DNA from: Lytechinus pictus | Lineage: Eukaryota | Length of the DNA stretch: 64,000 nucleotides | Direction of reading: 5' to 3' | Assembly: GCF_037042905.1 (NCBI RefSeq) | Contig: NC_087250.1 | Location: 23,500,001-23,564,000, forward strand | Translations under genes and position numbers: made by a program | The notes under the pieces: generated by a model | Seen by the model: only the letters and a program-made list of their open reading frames with translations | The model's database searches: none | Told to the model about the DNA's origin: nothing | Shown here: in pieces, positions 38,237 to 51,674 of the stretch | Numbering within the stretch: position 1 is the first letter of the stretch | How the letters are laid out: each line of letters begins with the position of its first letter

Positions 38237-39749
38237 TTAAATTAATGACATCGCGTAGTTTTGCTTGTTTGAATATCAATGTGTACAAACTGATTTCCAC
38301 AACTATGTTTTTTTTTTTTTGCTGTTAATTTTGTTTTGTTTTGCTTGGGTGTCATTTTCTACCCTAATTCTCACACATTTTATTGTCAATCGCAGTGAAA
38401 AGTATTACATACATCCCTAAAGAAAAGGAAGAAAGGGAGAATTAAAGGAAAATAAAGATAGATATAGAAAGATAGAAATTGAAAGAAAATAAAGGGAAAA
38501 TAATGAAATGAAAGAAAAGAACAAAGAAAGAAAAAAGATAGAAAAAAGGATAGATACAAAGAAAGAAAGATCCATAAAACATACAAAGCTCAAAAAGTTC
38601 AATATAATCGCGCTTTGCCTCTTTCATTTATTATGACGTAACAATGAGAGCAATGTTTATAAATACTGGATATGACGTCATAAAGGCGCGTCCTTTTACT
38701 CTAGCGCATACTCAAACGCGCATTTCCGCTTTTTGTAAACAAACGAGCAATGCATGGTGGGAATTACCCACAGAAATACGATACCCCGATCGTTGGCGTC
38801 CGTTCGATGACGTGAATGCACAATTTGCTGTTTCACAAATGAAAATGATATTTCCTTCAATCGTAGGATTTCTTTTCTTACTCGGTCGCTGGGTTCTCTC
38901 ACAAATAATAACACTTATGGGTTTGGTCAAGGAGCCCGCTTCCATCCAATCCCATCATTCATTTGGTGGTTACTATTATACGTTTATAGTGTTAGTTTTA
39001 GATAAAAACATAACAAAGGTGTGTTTTTTTTTTTTTTTGAGGGGGAGGGGGGTTGGGGCTCGGTTGCAATGATCCCCTGCGTCTTCTTGATTTGTATTGT
39101 TTTGTCTTGTCTGGTGATATGGTTGTACATGAAATTAATCTCTACTCTTGAATAATGTTCCGCGATCCCTGCATTGACACTACAATTAGTCGCAATAAAA
39201 AAAAAAATGAAGCCCTGAAATTAAATATAAAAAAAGGCTTCAAAAAGTGAAAATATAAGTAGCCGGATACATTTGTCTAATCTATTCCATATACTTTGTG
39301 TCACAATAATTGTCTCCCTGGAAAAAAAAAATAGAGATTATTTTTTTGTTACAGATGTCTTGAAAGCAGGGACTGTAAAGAGTAAAAAAATGAGGGTGCC
39401 CGACATGGTGTATCTGGAAAAAGTTTCGCTCGCTCGCATTAAATTATGATCTTTTTATTTCAAATTTTTTTGGAATGATTTTGACAAAATATTTAGAAAA
39501 TAATTTAACATGTCACCATTTTCTCATTCCTTTCCTTTCATTTTCTCCCCTTTTTCTTTATCTTAAGTTTTATTACTTAATTATTATTATTATTATTTTT
39601 GGAGGGGGGTGGGGGTCATGGCCTCCACCCCCTGTCTGTACGGCAGTGCTTTAAAGTGTCTTCAGGCGAGTTCTTCCTTTAAATCTACGGTATAAAAATG
39701 GCCGCTGAGATAAAATGGCATTTTGAAACGAATTGAATTGATTATTTAA

Positions 39750-39990
39750 AGGAAAAGTCCACCCCAACAAACATGGGGACGAAAAATGATTTGAATTAAA
39801 AGAGCATAATACTGAAAGTTTCATCAAAATCGAATGTATAATAAGCAGATAAGAAAGTTTATGAAGTTATGCTTATATGCACATCCGGTCAGTATGTAAA
39901 TGAGGAGACTGATGAATTCATTCACTCACTATTTCTTTTATATTTTATTATAGGAAATATGAAATATTCTAATTTTGTCTTCATTGTGAA
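39750..39990. mobile_element. Family A TTAA MITE, left part only
   Basis: TTAA-AGGAAAAGTCCACCCCAAC followed by the family A internal sequence; truncated. Confidence 0.7.
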
Positions 39991-40299
39991 TAATGTCTAT
40001 GCAATTTTAACGGTTGAAATGTTGACGGTCATAAAATAATGAAAGATTGATTAACATAATTACTCTGATTATTTTGAAAAAGGGGCTAAATGATTTAAGA
40101 AGTCAATACTGATGATAGCATTTCTAACAAATATTCCCCTAAAAAATAATTCAATATGTAGGCCTATTTTAATGTTTGTGACTTTTTATGTATTTCTATA
40201 TTTTCTGAACTTGTGTTTTTAATGTCTGTTTCAATGTGTTAATGTGGATTATTACTAACGTGTACACGTGTTATGAAAAAAATAAATGAAACACTCCTT

Positions 40300-43200
40300 T
40301 CTTTATTAAATGATAAAGACAAATGCCAGTTGTGGTAACGATTTCAAAATGAGTTCAAACAGAATCTAAGAAAATGACCAACCATGCATTTATTTCGATA
40401 TTGTTCTTCCAACTAACGGGTAAACAGGCATATATATGCTTGATTTTTTCAACATCATTTGCATCTAAATTCAAATCAAGAAAATGTGTATCACATTTTA
40501 GTTTACCATTATTATCAAAAATATGATGCAATTTATAAACCTCTTTATCGTATAGAATCTTATCAAATATACAACTCCCTTTATATCGAATAAGCTTATT
40601 ATTAAAAATCACCACTTTCCCAAACTCTGTACTTCTAATATGTCTTATATTTACCCACTCTTCTAATAAGTCCATGTAAAATTTGGAAGCTGTTACTTTC
40701 AATAAACCTGGTATATAGTCACATGAAAATATAAAATCTCCACCCAAATGTTTAGTGGCAAAATTAAAGTACTGTTTCCATTTCATATCTTCATCTTTAT
40801 TTAAAAGTCTTTTAATCCACATTATTCGCTGTGCCTTTACCTGCACAGGGAAGTTTAACATCTTTAATCCTCCTTGCTTATAGTCTAAAAACATTGTATT
40901 CCTATTAATTTTGTCTTTCTTACCTTTCCATAAGAAATCAAAAGTTAATTCATCCAATGATTCATAAACCCACTTAGGAACAGGAGTAAGAGACGCTCGA
41001 TAGAGGACTTTAGAATAGATATGCACCTTTAATAGTTGAATCTTCCCCATAAGCGTTATATCCCTTAGCTTCCAAAAGTTCAAGAGTGTTTTAATTTTGC
41101 TTAAGATATCTTTGTAATTTAGATCTTCTTTCTTATGTTCATCTAGGGTGAAAAATACTCCTAAAACTTTAAGAAAATCAACGATCTCGCCGAAGGAGAA
41201 GTCACAATCCAAATGCTGACATGAGCCTAATTTTAATACTTTAGTTTTTTCATTATTGATTTTTAATCCAGAAAGTTTTTCAAAATCTGCAAATAAAACT
41301 TTTAGTCTATCAACTGATTTTACATTACGAGCAAAAACTGTCATATCATCTGCATAAAGTGCTAATTTAATTTCTTTATCTCCAAATTTAATTCCTTCAA
41401 TCAGATTATCTTTCCGTAATTTATGAGCCATTACTTCAATACACAAAATAAAAAGGTAAGGACTAAGAGGATCCCCTTGCCTCACCCCCCTTTTTATTTC
41501 AAAATAACCGGTGGAATTTCCTTCATTTAAAACACAACTTAGAGTATCAGTATACAAAACTTTGACCCATCTCTGAAAGGATATACCAAAACCAAAAGCC
41601 GTCAGAGCCTTTTGAAGAAAATGATGTGATAACGAGTTAAAGGCCTTCTCAAAATCTATAGCTAACAAAAAAACAGGTAGATTAAAATGGGATGTAGGTC
41701 CATTCCATTTCTAATGTTAATTAATGCACATGCCTTACCTGTTGCTCTGCTAGACAAATGTCACTCAAGCTCTTTATATATACATGTACCAATATTACGT
41801 AATTGCGACCAGTTTACTCTGTTATTCAAATGAACTTATCTTCTAATGCCTACATTTCTTCTCCCTCTTCTCCATCTGTGTTTCTTTTTCTACTCTTAAC
41901 TTTCTTATTTATATGCAATTACATATGATGTCATTACAGTACGTAACTTGTTATTTATTTGTATCTGGCGACCCCAACTCAAGCTCTGCTTTCCGGGTTT
42001 TCGCCTCCTTCAAAATTGTGTCGAAATATATACTGTATTCGTTACTATGTCAAATATTATTTTGTATCTGTTTGAAGGAAATAAATGTGATTTTCAATCA
42101 ATCAATCAATGTATGAAAAATAACATCATCTATAGTACGAATGGCTTCACCAATACTTATACCTTGTATGTAACCCACCTGATCCCCCACAACGATTTCA
42201 TTAAGTATTTTCTTGATTCGCTTAGCCAAAATTTTTGTTAAAATTTTATAATCCACGTTAAGAAGGGATATAGGTCTATAATTTTTCAATAAAAGAGGAT
42301 CTTTTCCATCTTTAGCGATTAACGTAATAACTGCTTGTTTTTGCGACGATGCTAATTCCCCGGACCAATATGCCTCATTTAAGGCATCTTTAACTAAATC
42401 TCCAATATCCGGCCAAAAAGTATAGTAGAACTCCGAAGAAAGACCGTCATTTCCAGGTTATTTATTATGTTTCAATTCTTTTAAAATTTCTAGACATTCT
42501 TTGTTACTTATTAACCCTTCACAGAGTTCTCGAGATGTCTCCGCCAATTTAGGTAATCCTTGAAAAAATTCATCAAAGAGGTTATCCGAACACACGCACT
42601 CTACTTTATCATACAACCTACTGTAAAATTTCCCAATTTCTTCACTTATTCTTTTTTCATCACAACAGATGTTTCCATCTGTGGTTTTAATTTTTTTAAT
42701 TGTGGTTTTTCTTTTATTACTTTGCATCAACTGGTTGAAATAACGCGAGTCTCTTTCACCACATTCATACCAGGAGGCACGAGATCAAACCTTAACACCT
42801 TCATTAACATAACTATAAATTTCCCTTAATTTCTCTTTTGTATTTTCTAGTTTTTCTAAAGTATTTGCATCAGTACGATCTTTCAATTGTTCTTCTAAAA
42901 ACTGTATTTCTCTTTCTAAATCCGTTTTCATTTTCCTTCTTTTATCAGCCAATTTTTTCGAAAATTTTTGTGTAAAACTTCGAATTTTCATTTTTAGAAA
43001 ATCCCATAACAACCTCTTATCTTTTATTTCAGATTGCAATTCATTTCTCAATTCACGAATTTCTTTCTTTAATTCTTTAACATAATCTTCATTTTCACAT
43101 AAACTATTATTGAATTTCCAATATGACCTCTTCCTTGCATTAACTTTATTTTTGTTTTGTCGAATAAGTGTACAAAAATTGAATGATGATCAGGGGCCAC

Positions 43201-44200
43201 AGATGGAATTATATCGCACTTTATAACCATTTCCTCTAAACATTCAGAAATTATCCAGTAATCAAGTCTGCTTTGCATGAAGGGGTTCTTTTGCGTGTAT
43301 GTAAATTGTCTTTTCAGGGGATGTCTACATCTCCAAACGTCAAAAAATTCAAAGTCTTCCATAAATTTTCCAAAGTCTCGATTGAATCTATTTGAAATCC
43401 TATTTTGAGATTGTCCGTTATAATCTAAATTATTGTCCCTAATCATGTTAAAATCACCACCTATTATAACAGGGTATTTATCTTTATTCAACTTAGCAAG
43501 GGTATTTCGTATTTTTTGAGAAATTGCAATTGTTCTTTTTCAAAATTTCTTGTAGGGGAATATACATTTCATAAAATCAACCTAACCCCTTGAAACTTAC
43601 AATCTATAAATATAAATCTACCCTCATTGTCTCTTAAGACTTGTAATATCTCCATATCTACCGTTGGCGCAATTAAAACTAATACACCCTTGCTTTGAGC
43701 TGAACCATGACTAAAATAACTGGTGCCGTCCCACGACGATACCATCTATCCTCACATTCCCTAGTACTAAAGGTTTCTTGCAAAAAGACAATATCGGCCC
43801 CTTTATCTTTACACCAAAAAAAGATACGGTCTCTTTTATCACTATCTCTAATTCCTTTCACATTGAGGGAGATCAATTTACAACTAATCTGGAGACTCAT
43901 AAAAAATCTGATACAAAACAAATAGCCTAACACCGGAGCCAATCCCCCACCCAAGGGGATCCCATAAATTAGAGCCCCCGTCCCCTCCCATCCCAGACCC
44001 CCCCAAAACCCAGGGTTACTCCGAAGAGTAAACTTCATGCTATGAGCAAGAGGCAAAGGGGGAACGTCCATGACTATCGTAGGCAAAACCCCCTCCTCCG
44101 ACAATGAAAGAAGACAAAAATAAATAAATAAATAAAATTGATATAATAAGCACTCTAAATTACAGGGATCCAAACAAATTCGGACGGACTACAACCCCAG
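40300..44200 (-). mobile_element. Decayed L1/Tx1-clade LINE (ORF2 from ATG 43900, several frameshifts, 3' part truncated)
   Basis: EN fragments LISLNVKGIRD, VFLQETFST, IIGGDFN, SRLDYW, APDHH; RT fragments YRPISLLNVDYKIL, IDFEKAF, GVRQGDPLSP, YADD, GGLKM, spread over several frames. Ends approximate. Confidence 0.9.
41697..42108 (+). mobile_element. 3' end of a LINE (L2/Crack-like) nested antisense in the L1/Tx1 RT domain
   Basis: Stem-loop-like GGCGACCCC...GGGTTTTCGCC, then AATAAA and a (TCAA)4 tail; flanked by ATGTA direct repeats (41692-41696, 42109-42113). Confidence 0.75.
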
Positions 44201-44650
44201 ACCAAACAAAATCAGGTCCCCACCCCAAACAAATACTATACGTGTACGAGAACCAGAATTTAAATCACAAACAACTCAGACCAAACCCCAACAGATCTAT
44301 AGAATCGATTACAAACAATCTTATCTTGATAACACTGGCCTAAACTTATGCGGCGCATACAACTATTGATTTCCTAAACATGAAATACTAGTAAATACTT
44401 GTATGAATTTATAATCATAGATATCGTGGAGGATTAAAATTTGCTAGATCTGATAATAATTTGGTGAACTTGTTTTAGATTTTTTTTTTTAAATTTTATT
44501 ATTAGAATGCATAAATGTATATTAATAATAAACTGTCATTAGAGTGTAGTCTCCTTTGCAGTTACCGCCTGTGCAGACAGCGCTCTGCAAGAACTTTTGA
44601 AGAGCTCGAATGCAGATCGTCGTGCATTTCGTGCTATCTTGTACTTAAAG

Positions 44651-45062
44651 CAGTGTTTCCACAGCTCCAAAGTAAATTTCCCGAAACTGACTCCCAAACT
44701 TCCTGACATTCATAGATATTTCCTGGAATTTTCAAGTTTGAATTTAAACGAAAATCGGGCAATAATACAGCAAGCCTAAATTTGGTTCAGGTGGCCAAAA
44801 TCAAGGAATTTAGAATTTTTTTGTTCATTCCCTCTTTAAAAATAGGAACAAAATGCGAGCGGAAAATTTTAAGCTACATATGAAGGTAAAAAATTAGTTA
44901 AATATAACCTGAATATTAATAGTTGCTAAACGTTTAATTGTTGTTTAATTGTAATTTTCGGATTTCCCGAAATTTCCTGGAATCTTTTCAGTTCCCGAAC
45001 CTTTCCTGGAAAAGTCAAAATGTCCTGAAATTTCCCGAATTTCGGGAAGAGTGGAAACACTA
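44651..45062. mobile_element. hAT-like MITE
   Basis: AGTGTTTCCAC / GTGGAAACACT ends; TTTCCCGAAA subterminal repeats. Confidence 0.55.
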
Positions 45063-46098
45063 GGTCCTAAAGATAACCAGCCTGGTTTTACCGGCAGAGA
45101 TGTGACGCCAGTTCTTCCAGACAAATTTCCCGAAACTCAATGTCAGGTTTCCTGAAATTTTCTAATATTATTATTTATACAAAAATCGGACAATAACCAT
45201 GATAACAGAGCGAACCTGAACTTGAAAGTTACCTGAAAATTACCAAATGCGAGCGCGGAGCGCGAGCAGAAAATATTGAGTTACGTATGACTCTAACAAA
45301 TTCTTTAATTATAACATGAATATTGAAATTTTCTGCGTTTAACTGTATTTTTCTGATTTCCCAGAATTTCCTGGATTTTTTTTCATTACTTGAAAATTAC
45401 CTGAAAATGATCCAGATTTCAGGTAAGAGCTGAGACCGGGGAGGGGGAGGCTGTGTTTATGATGTCTTGTAAAAATGAAGCCCTGCAATACATAGTTGAT
45501 TAAAGTATATTTTTCTTCAATGGAATCAAAATCGTAACTTAAAAAGGTTTTAAAAAGCATGAAAGAGGAATACTAATGGAGTCAAGCTTTCTGTCATGTT
45601 TATGCCTACTCAATAGGTGACAATTAACAAATATATACTATATCATACCAAATCAGGGTCCATGTAGCGTTCATGATAATACAAACCTGAGTTAAACCAT
45701 GGACCTATTATGGTTAAAGAGAGAGCGAACATATAATAAGTTGGACGAGACAGGACGAAAACTAAAACAACAATTTCAAATGATAAATAAAGATATATAA
45801 AAAAAAACTAAACAGATGTCAAGACAGGAAAGAAGCAAGAAACAAAAAATGACGAGGATTCGATTCCTGATTAATCAAATTACATTCCATGCTTGGTTTA
45901 AACTTGAACAATTTGTTACACTAATTGAAGTAGCAACTCATTAAGTGCATCAGATTTTTAATGCTGCAACTTATTCCATTACAAGGGAGATAATGTTGAT
46001 GGTCTATAGGTAGCATAAAAATGGTTTACCGATAATAAGCTGACACCGAATTTAAAGACAACAATTGATGTGTTACAAGGCACTCGATAATAGCTTAA

Positions 46099-46712
46099 AG
46101 GTCAAGTCCACCCCAGGAAAAATGTTGAATTGAATAAATAGAGTAAAATCATACAAACATAACACTGAAAATTTGATCAAAATCGGATGTGAAATAAGAA
46201 AGTTAACCGGAGAAGTTATGACATTTTGAATTTTCGCTTATTTTTCACAAAACAGTTATATGCACAACCGAGTGGCATGCAAATGAGAGAGTCGATGATG
46301 TCCATCACTCACTATTTCTTTTTTTTTTATTGTTTGAATTATACAATATTTCCATTTTTACCAATTTGACATCATGGACCAACTGAGCTGATCCATAAAA
46401 TGTTATAACAGTGGTAATGTCACATGTTCAGAGAGGATTAAAACTTTGTCTCGCAGGACAATGAGGAGAATTTAGAATAATTCATATTTCATTTAATAAA
46501 ATACAAAAGAAATAGTGAGTGAGTGATGTCTTCAGTCTCATCATTTACATACCGACCGGGATGTGCATATAACTTTTGTGAAAGTAAGTGAAACTTTAAA
46601 TAAAATGCCATAACTTTCTTATTTTACATCCGATTTTGATGAAATTTTCAACGTTATGCTTGTTAGATTTTTAAAAATTCAAATCAACTTGTTATTGGAG
46701 TGGACTTGTCCT
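46099..46712. mobile_element. Family A TTAA MITE, full copy
   Basis: TTAA-AGGTCAAGTCCACCCC...GTGGACTTGTCCT-TTGA. Confidence 0.85.
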
Positions 46713-47607
46713 TTGAATAATATTCTAATCTGTATTTAATACTCTCCAATCAACACATCGAGAGAGTGAAGAAATAAATAAATGAATATCATTCACACAT
46801 GTATCAAAATATTAAACAATTGCGATATCATGTAATATCATACGAGAAAAGGAAAGTGTGGATGTGACCAATGAGACATCATCAGTCCATCTAATGCATA
46901 TTCATGACGACATGCATATAACTGTTTTCACATTTTTTTCTGCTAAACTTTAAAACTCACTAACTTGTCTATTTGTTATTATATTTGATAAAATGTTCAG
47001 CATTTAGCTCTATGAATTTTACTCTTTTTATTTAGATATAAATATTTTCAGCCCGGAGCATCCCTTTAATTTATTTTAGCCACATATATCTTGAAAGTAG
47101 CTGCACGTTTTGTTTGTTTTCTTTTAAATCAATATGATAAATACTAAATAAAACACTGCGAAATGTCGAATTAAAAATATAAATGAAACACTACCCCTAA
47201 AGTGCTTATAAATGATCCAGTTGAGTGAAGATAACACACAAATTATCCCACCCATTGGATTTTACCACATCATACAGTCAATCTATACGAAATTTTGACT
47301 TCACGCCAATTTCTAGAAATATCATAATCGATATTGAATAAGAGTTAATTGGTCAACTGTCTAGAAGAATGGGATTTTAATAATAGATTATTGGAATTTT
47401 CAATATAAATTTTATTTTTTCAGTTTTCTATGTAATTTCAACTGTTTAAATTTCGACCATTTAGAAATAATTGTATAATGATGAATTTAATAATTTTCAC
47501 TAGTTTAAAAGTACAAGATAAAAAAAATATATATATAAATGTCATAGTATTAAAGTAAGATGGCGCTATTCCATTACTGAGTAAAATGTTGTTCGCTTAA
47601 CAACATT

Positions 47608-48470
47608 TGTAATATCTCATGTGTTCTGGGAATGTAAGTCTTTGAGTAAAATTCTTGACTGGGTCGACGATTTTGCAAATCGTCATTTAGGTTTTGATCA
47701 CGCATTAGTTAAATCATTGTTTGTTTATGGATTCCCTAATTCAAATTTGAATGTGGTCACTTGGCCTCGAACCTGGTTTGTTTTTACCGTTGTAAAAAAT
47801 GCTATTTGGGCTAAGCGATGCGGGTTTTTGTTTTCGAAGGAAAGAATAACAGATGACGGGTTAATTTTGAGAATAAAAAATGAGATAAGAGTAAGAATAG
47901 AGATAGATTTTAGCAGAGTAACTAGGAGACAGTTTGAAAAGCTGTGGGTAAAAGGGTCAAGATTATGTTCAATAGAAGGGGGTAAAGTTAGAATATACTT
48001 TGTGTGAGTTATCATGACCTCACAATATGTTTTTATGGCATCTCAGAAATTGCAAGAATGTCACATAATTGGCTGAATGGCCCATTATCCTTGGCAGTCC
48101 TGGCCGGGGCTTTGGGTTTAAAGGGAAAGTAATAAATTTTAGAGAATGGCAAGTGTGCAAGCCTTAATTCATAAGCGGGTATTTTAAAGGGAGGGAGTAG
48201 ATCGCATGGCTTAGAGTAACGGTGTGGGGGGGGGGGGCTTTTCGTTGAATTAGGCTTTGTACAAAGGTGCTAACTTGTTACCGTGGTGGTTTTACACTTG
48301 ACTGTTTACTTTTGTTGATGTTCTTAGTTAAAGTTTTCTGTAATTTATAAGCGTTTTGGAGTGTAGTATTTTACTGAATACATGGTATGAATATTACATG
48401 TACTGAGTGTATGTAAATATTGTATATATGTTGATATTTTGATGAATAAAATTATTGAAAGAAAAAAAAA
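47608..48470 (+). mobile_element. 5'-truncated L1/Tx1-type LINE 3' end
   Basis: C-terminal ORF2 remnant HVFWEC...KNAIWAKRC; AATAAA at 48445; A tail; AACAACATT TSD (47599-47607, 48469-48477). Confidence 0.8.
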
Positions 48471-48894
48471 CAACATTAATTTGTGAAGAGCCCGCAAGGC
48501 AGGCTGTGCTCTGTGGGCTTTAAATTAAAATTTAGACACAGGCTAAGTTCGATAATCTCTACTAAGCACATCTCAATAATTAAGAGATTGAAAAGGGCTG
48601 CAGTCCCCCAAATCAATAGGTTCCAGAATCCAAAGTCACAAATAGCACAATAAGGACCAATGAAAATGAGATGGGATTAAACTTGACAAACTTGCTTGAT
48701 TTCTATTGAGTCCATTAATGCATTATGGGTTTTGACCTCAATAGCTGTGTTTAAAATGTTAGTTTTAACTTCCTGTATCTTCTAAGTTATTGAGGCAGTC
48801 AATTCAGCATGTCGATGGTTATACTGTAAACTTTAATAACGTAAAGCAATCTCGTTTTCTGCGTTCACGTATACCAAGTTGACGTATGGTTTTA

Positions 48895-49165
48895 AGGCGC
48901 CGCATACACTTTTTGGAACAAATCGCTTTTTCCTTGTTTTCTGAAAATGTGAATGAAAAGCATCATGTTATTTGGGGTTCAAAATTGCAAGCCTCTTTTC
49001 GGCAAATGGTAGACGATTTCTATAACTTCATACAATTAGTTATTTTAATTCGCCTTTTTTTTCTAAAAAGAGTGGTAATATAGTCACAGATCTGAACACA
49101 AGTGAATATTGGCATCAAATTTCCAAAATCGGGTCGTAGACCAATCGTAAGTTGTGCAGTGGCCT
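48895..49165. mobile_element. Older, internally deleted, inverted copy of the 49184 MITE
   Basis: TTTTGGAACAAATCGC and CCAATCGTAAGTTGTGCAGTGGCCT match the reverse complement of 49184-49588. Confidence 0.65.
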
Positions 49166-49183
49166 ATAGAATTGTGAGTATTA

Positions 49184-49588
49184 AGGCGACCGCACACCTT
49201 ACGATTGGTCTGCGACTCAAGTTTGGAATAAAGCGTAGTAGAATTTGATGCTAATATTGAGACTTGAAATATCTTACTGTGTAATGTTCTAAATCATCGT
49301 ACGAATACCTATGTTCAAATCTGTGACTATGCTATCATCCTTCTTAGAATAAAAGCAAATTTAATATCTAGTCGTAATGACGTCATAGCAGTCGTACGAT
49401 TGGCTACGATTTTGGCCTGTACTCTAAAATAAAGGCTTGCAATCTTACAAAACGGTTATATTAGTATTCTTTCAATTAATTTTAACCTCAAATAAAATGA
49501 TATGTTCCATTCACATTTTCAGAAAATGAGCAAAATGCGATTTGTTCAAAAATCGGATCGCGAACAGTCGTAAGGTGTGCGGTGGCCT
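49184..49588. mobile_element. Harbinger-like MITE
   Basis: TIR AGGCGACCGCACACCTTACGA / TCGTAAGGTGTGCGGTGGCCT; TTA TSD. Confidence 0.85.
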
Positions 49589-50049
49589 TTATAGTAAACT
49601 TACTTTACGAGATGATGTTATCTTATATTGGATTTTGGCATACCGTGATGAACAATATTGAAGTAAATTTCAAATTAATCTAGAAATCATTATAATCGAT
49701 CTTGAAAAAATAAATCGATTATGGACTTTTCTTTTTAACGTGGAAGATAGGGGTGTATATAGGATTTCAATAAGGGGTCATTTTAATTCTGAATATTCAT
49801 AGTTTCAAATAATTAAAATACCACAATTTTCATGTTAAAATATTGACCGTTTTACAACGATTGAAGATTGATAGAGATAATTGCTTTCACTTTATTAAAG
49901 TAATGAATCAGATTATATAGATAGGTAAAGTCTTCATTTCCGATCAGATGGCGCTGTCGCGCAATGACACGTTGTGCGCATAACAACGACAAATTTATTA
50001 AAAGCTCACGAAGCAGACCGTGCATCTGAGCTTGGGAGATTATTTTATA

Positions 50050-50935
50050 GAAGCGTCGTGGTTGTAGCGGTTCCGACTTATCTTCTCAAATAAGGGGTCG
50101 TGTGTTCGAATCCCACCACGCCCGAGCGTCCTTTGGCAAAACGTCAATCCACACTTTGCCACTCTCATCCCAGGTGTTAAATGGGTACCCGGTAAAACCT
50201 ATTTATATGCCGAGCAATAAGCCAATTCGGAGTTCCATTCTGCGCATGATCAGATGAAGGTCATTAACTCGGACTAAAAGTGACATGGTGATTTAATATC
50301 TAATGAGATAAGCACCAGCTTTGATGTCTTGATTATTCATATATTCTTTTGAATTTTGTTTTTTCATTAGATCCACAAAAACAACAATCCGTCCCCTGTC
50401 TAGCGACTGGTTTTTCACATTTGGCCAATTACATTATTATAGCAACTTGTTAATGCATCAAAAGTAAAAATGCAACAAATACTTTCATGGGGTGTTTATT
50501 GGTGTGCTATTCTAGTCACCTGGTCTATACAATGTCTGCATCCTGCTATGTAAGGCATGCTTAGATACTATCTTGCTTTGAAATATGCCTATCATAATAT
50601 ACAAAAAAGAAAAGGTAATTTGACCAAAAATGCACATGAGGTAATACCGAACTGTTCTAATGAGTCTTGGAACTCTTGTTGGAACACTACCCAGGGAGTG
50701 GAGAAAGTCATACATTGTGTGCGGGCATGTTAGGATCCAACGGCTAAGGTAACATTACTTAGAATGTAAAGCGCTTGTATACACTATGTATACACAGAGT
50801 ATTAAGCATTTTTATTATTATTATTATTATTATTACTATTACTATTACTATTATTATTATTATTATTATTATCATCATCATTGTTTTTATCATTATTATT
50901 ATTATTGTTATTATCATTATAATCATTAGTAGTAT
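50050..50935 (+). mobile_element. tRNA-derived SINE: head at 50050-50195, L2-like 3' end and (TAT)n tail downstream (middle may be unrelated)
   Basis: GTTCGAATCCC B-box; CCCAGGTGTTAAATGGGTACC core; GTAAAGCGCTTG motif at about 50767 followed by (TAT)n. Confidence 0.6.
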
Positions 50936-51084
50936 TTTTATCAGCCTACCAATATAATCCAAAGTCATGCAAAATGAATAATGTAGTCTATCGCGTGTGT
51001 GCTGCCTCTTTCTAACACAACAGTTGCAAATATCCATGCTCTCATAATCGATTATGACATTGGATTGTGAAGTTACTAATACTC

Positions 51085-51123
51085 ATTATTATTATTATTA
51101 TCATTGTTGTTGATATTGTTATA

Positions 51124-51154
<31 letters not shown>

Positions 51155-51160
51155 CTATTA
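51085..51160. repeat. (TAT)n microsatellite
   Basis: Directly visible. Confidence 0.85.
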
Positions 51161-51253
51161 TGACAGAGCCTAGCCACCTAACTTTGCTTAATTCCTCGTC
51201 AAGTGGTGGCTGAGAGGAGACTAGCAGTCGATGAAGACAGTTGGCGAGACCCG

Positions 51254-51391
51254 GGGGGCGTTTCATCAATATTTTCGTCCGACAAGTTGTCAGATCTGAC
51301 AACTTTCCTGGATTCTAATTGGTTGAGAAGCACTGTTACTATAGTAACTGTCGGATAAAACGTCCGACAAGTCCTTTCATGAAACGCTCCC
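51254..51391. mobile_element. MITE family B
   Basis: GGGGGCGTTTCATC...ATGAAACGCTCCC; same internal sequence as other copies. Confidence 0.85.
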
Positions 51392-51674
51392 CAGGGTGAA
51401 CCACTGATCTCTATATTCAGATCAGTGGGGCGAACGCGCGATCAAGAAAAATCAGAGCGACAAAACTCGCATTCATACAGCTTTCACGATTAGTCTGTTT
51501 TCAGTCGTTTGACAGATATAAACATCATAACAGACATAGAGTCTTGTCTAAAGGCTATTCATGATAGGGAGTTTTCACAGTGATGTTCATCTCTTTAGTT
51601 TTAGAACTGCACAATGACAGAGTGAATTCCAGAGATTAACCCATTGCCTACTGGAACTAGGGTTTATTTTCGAT

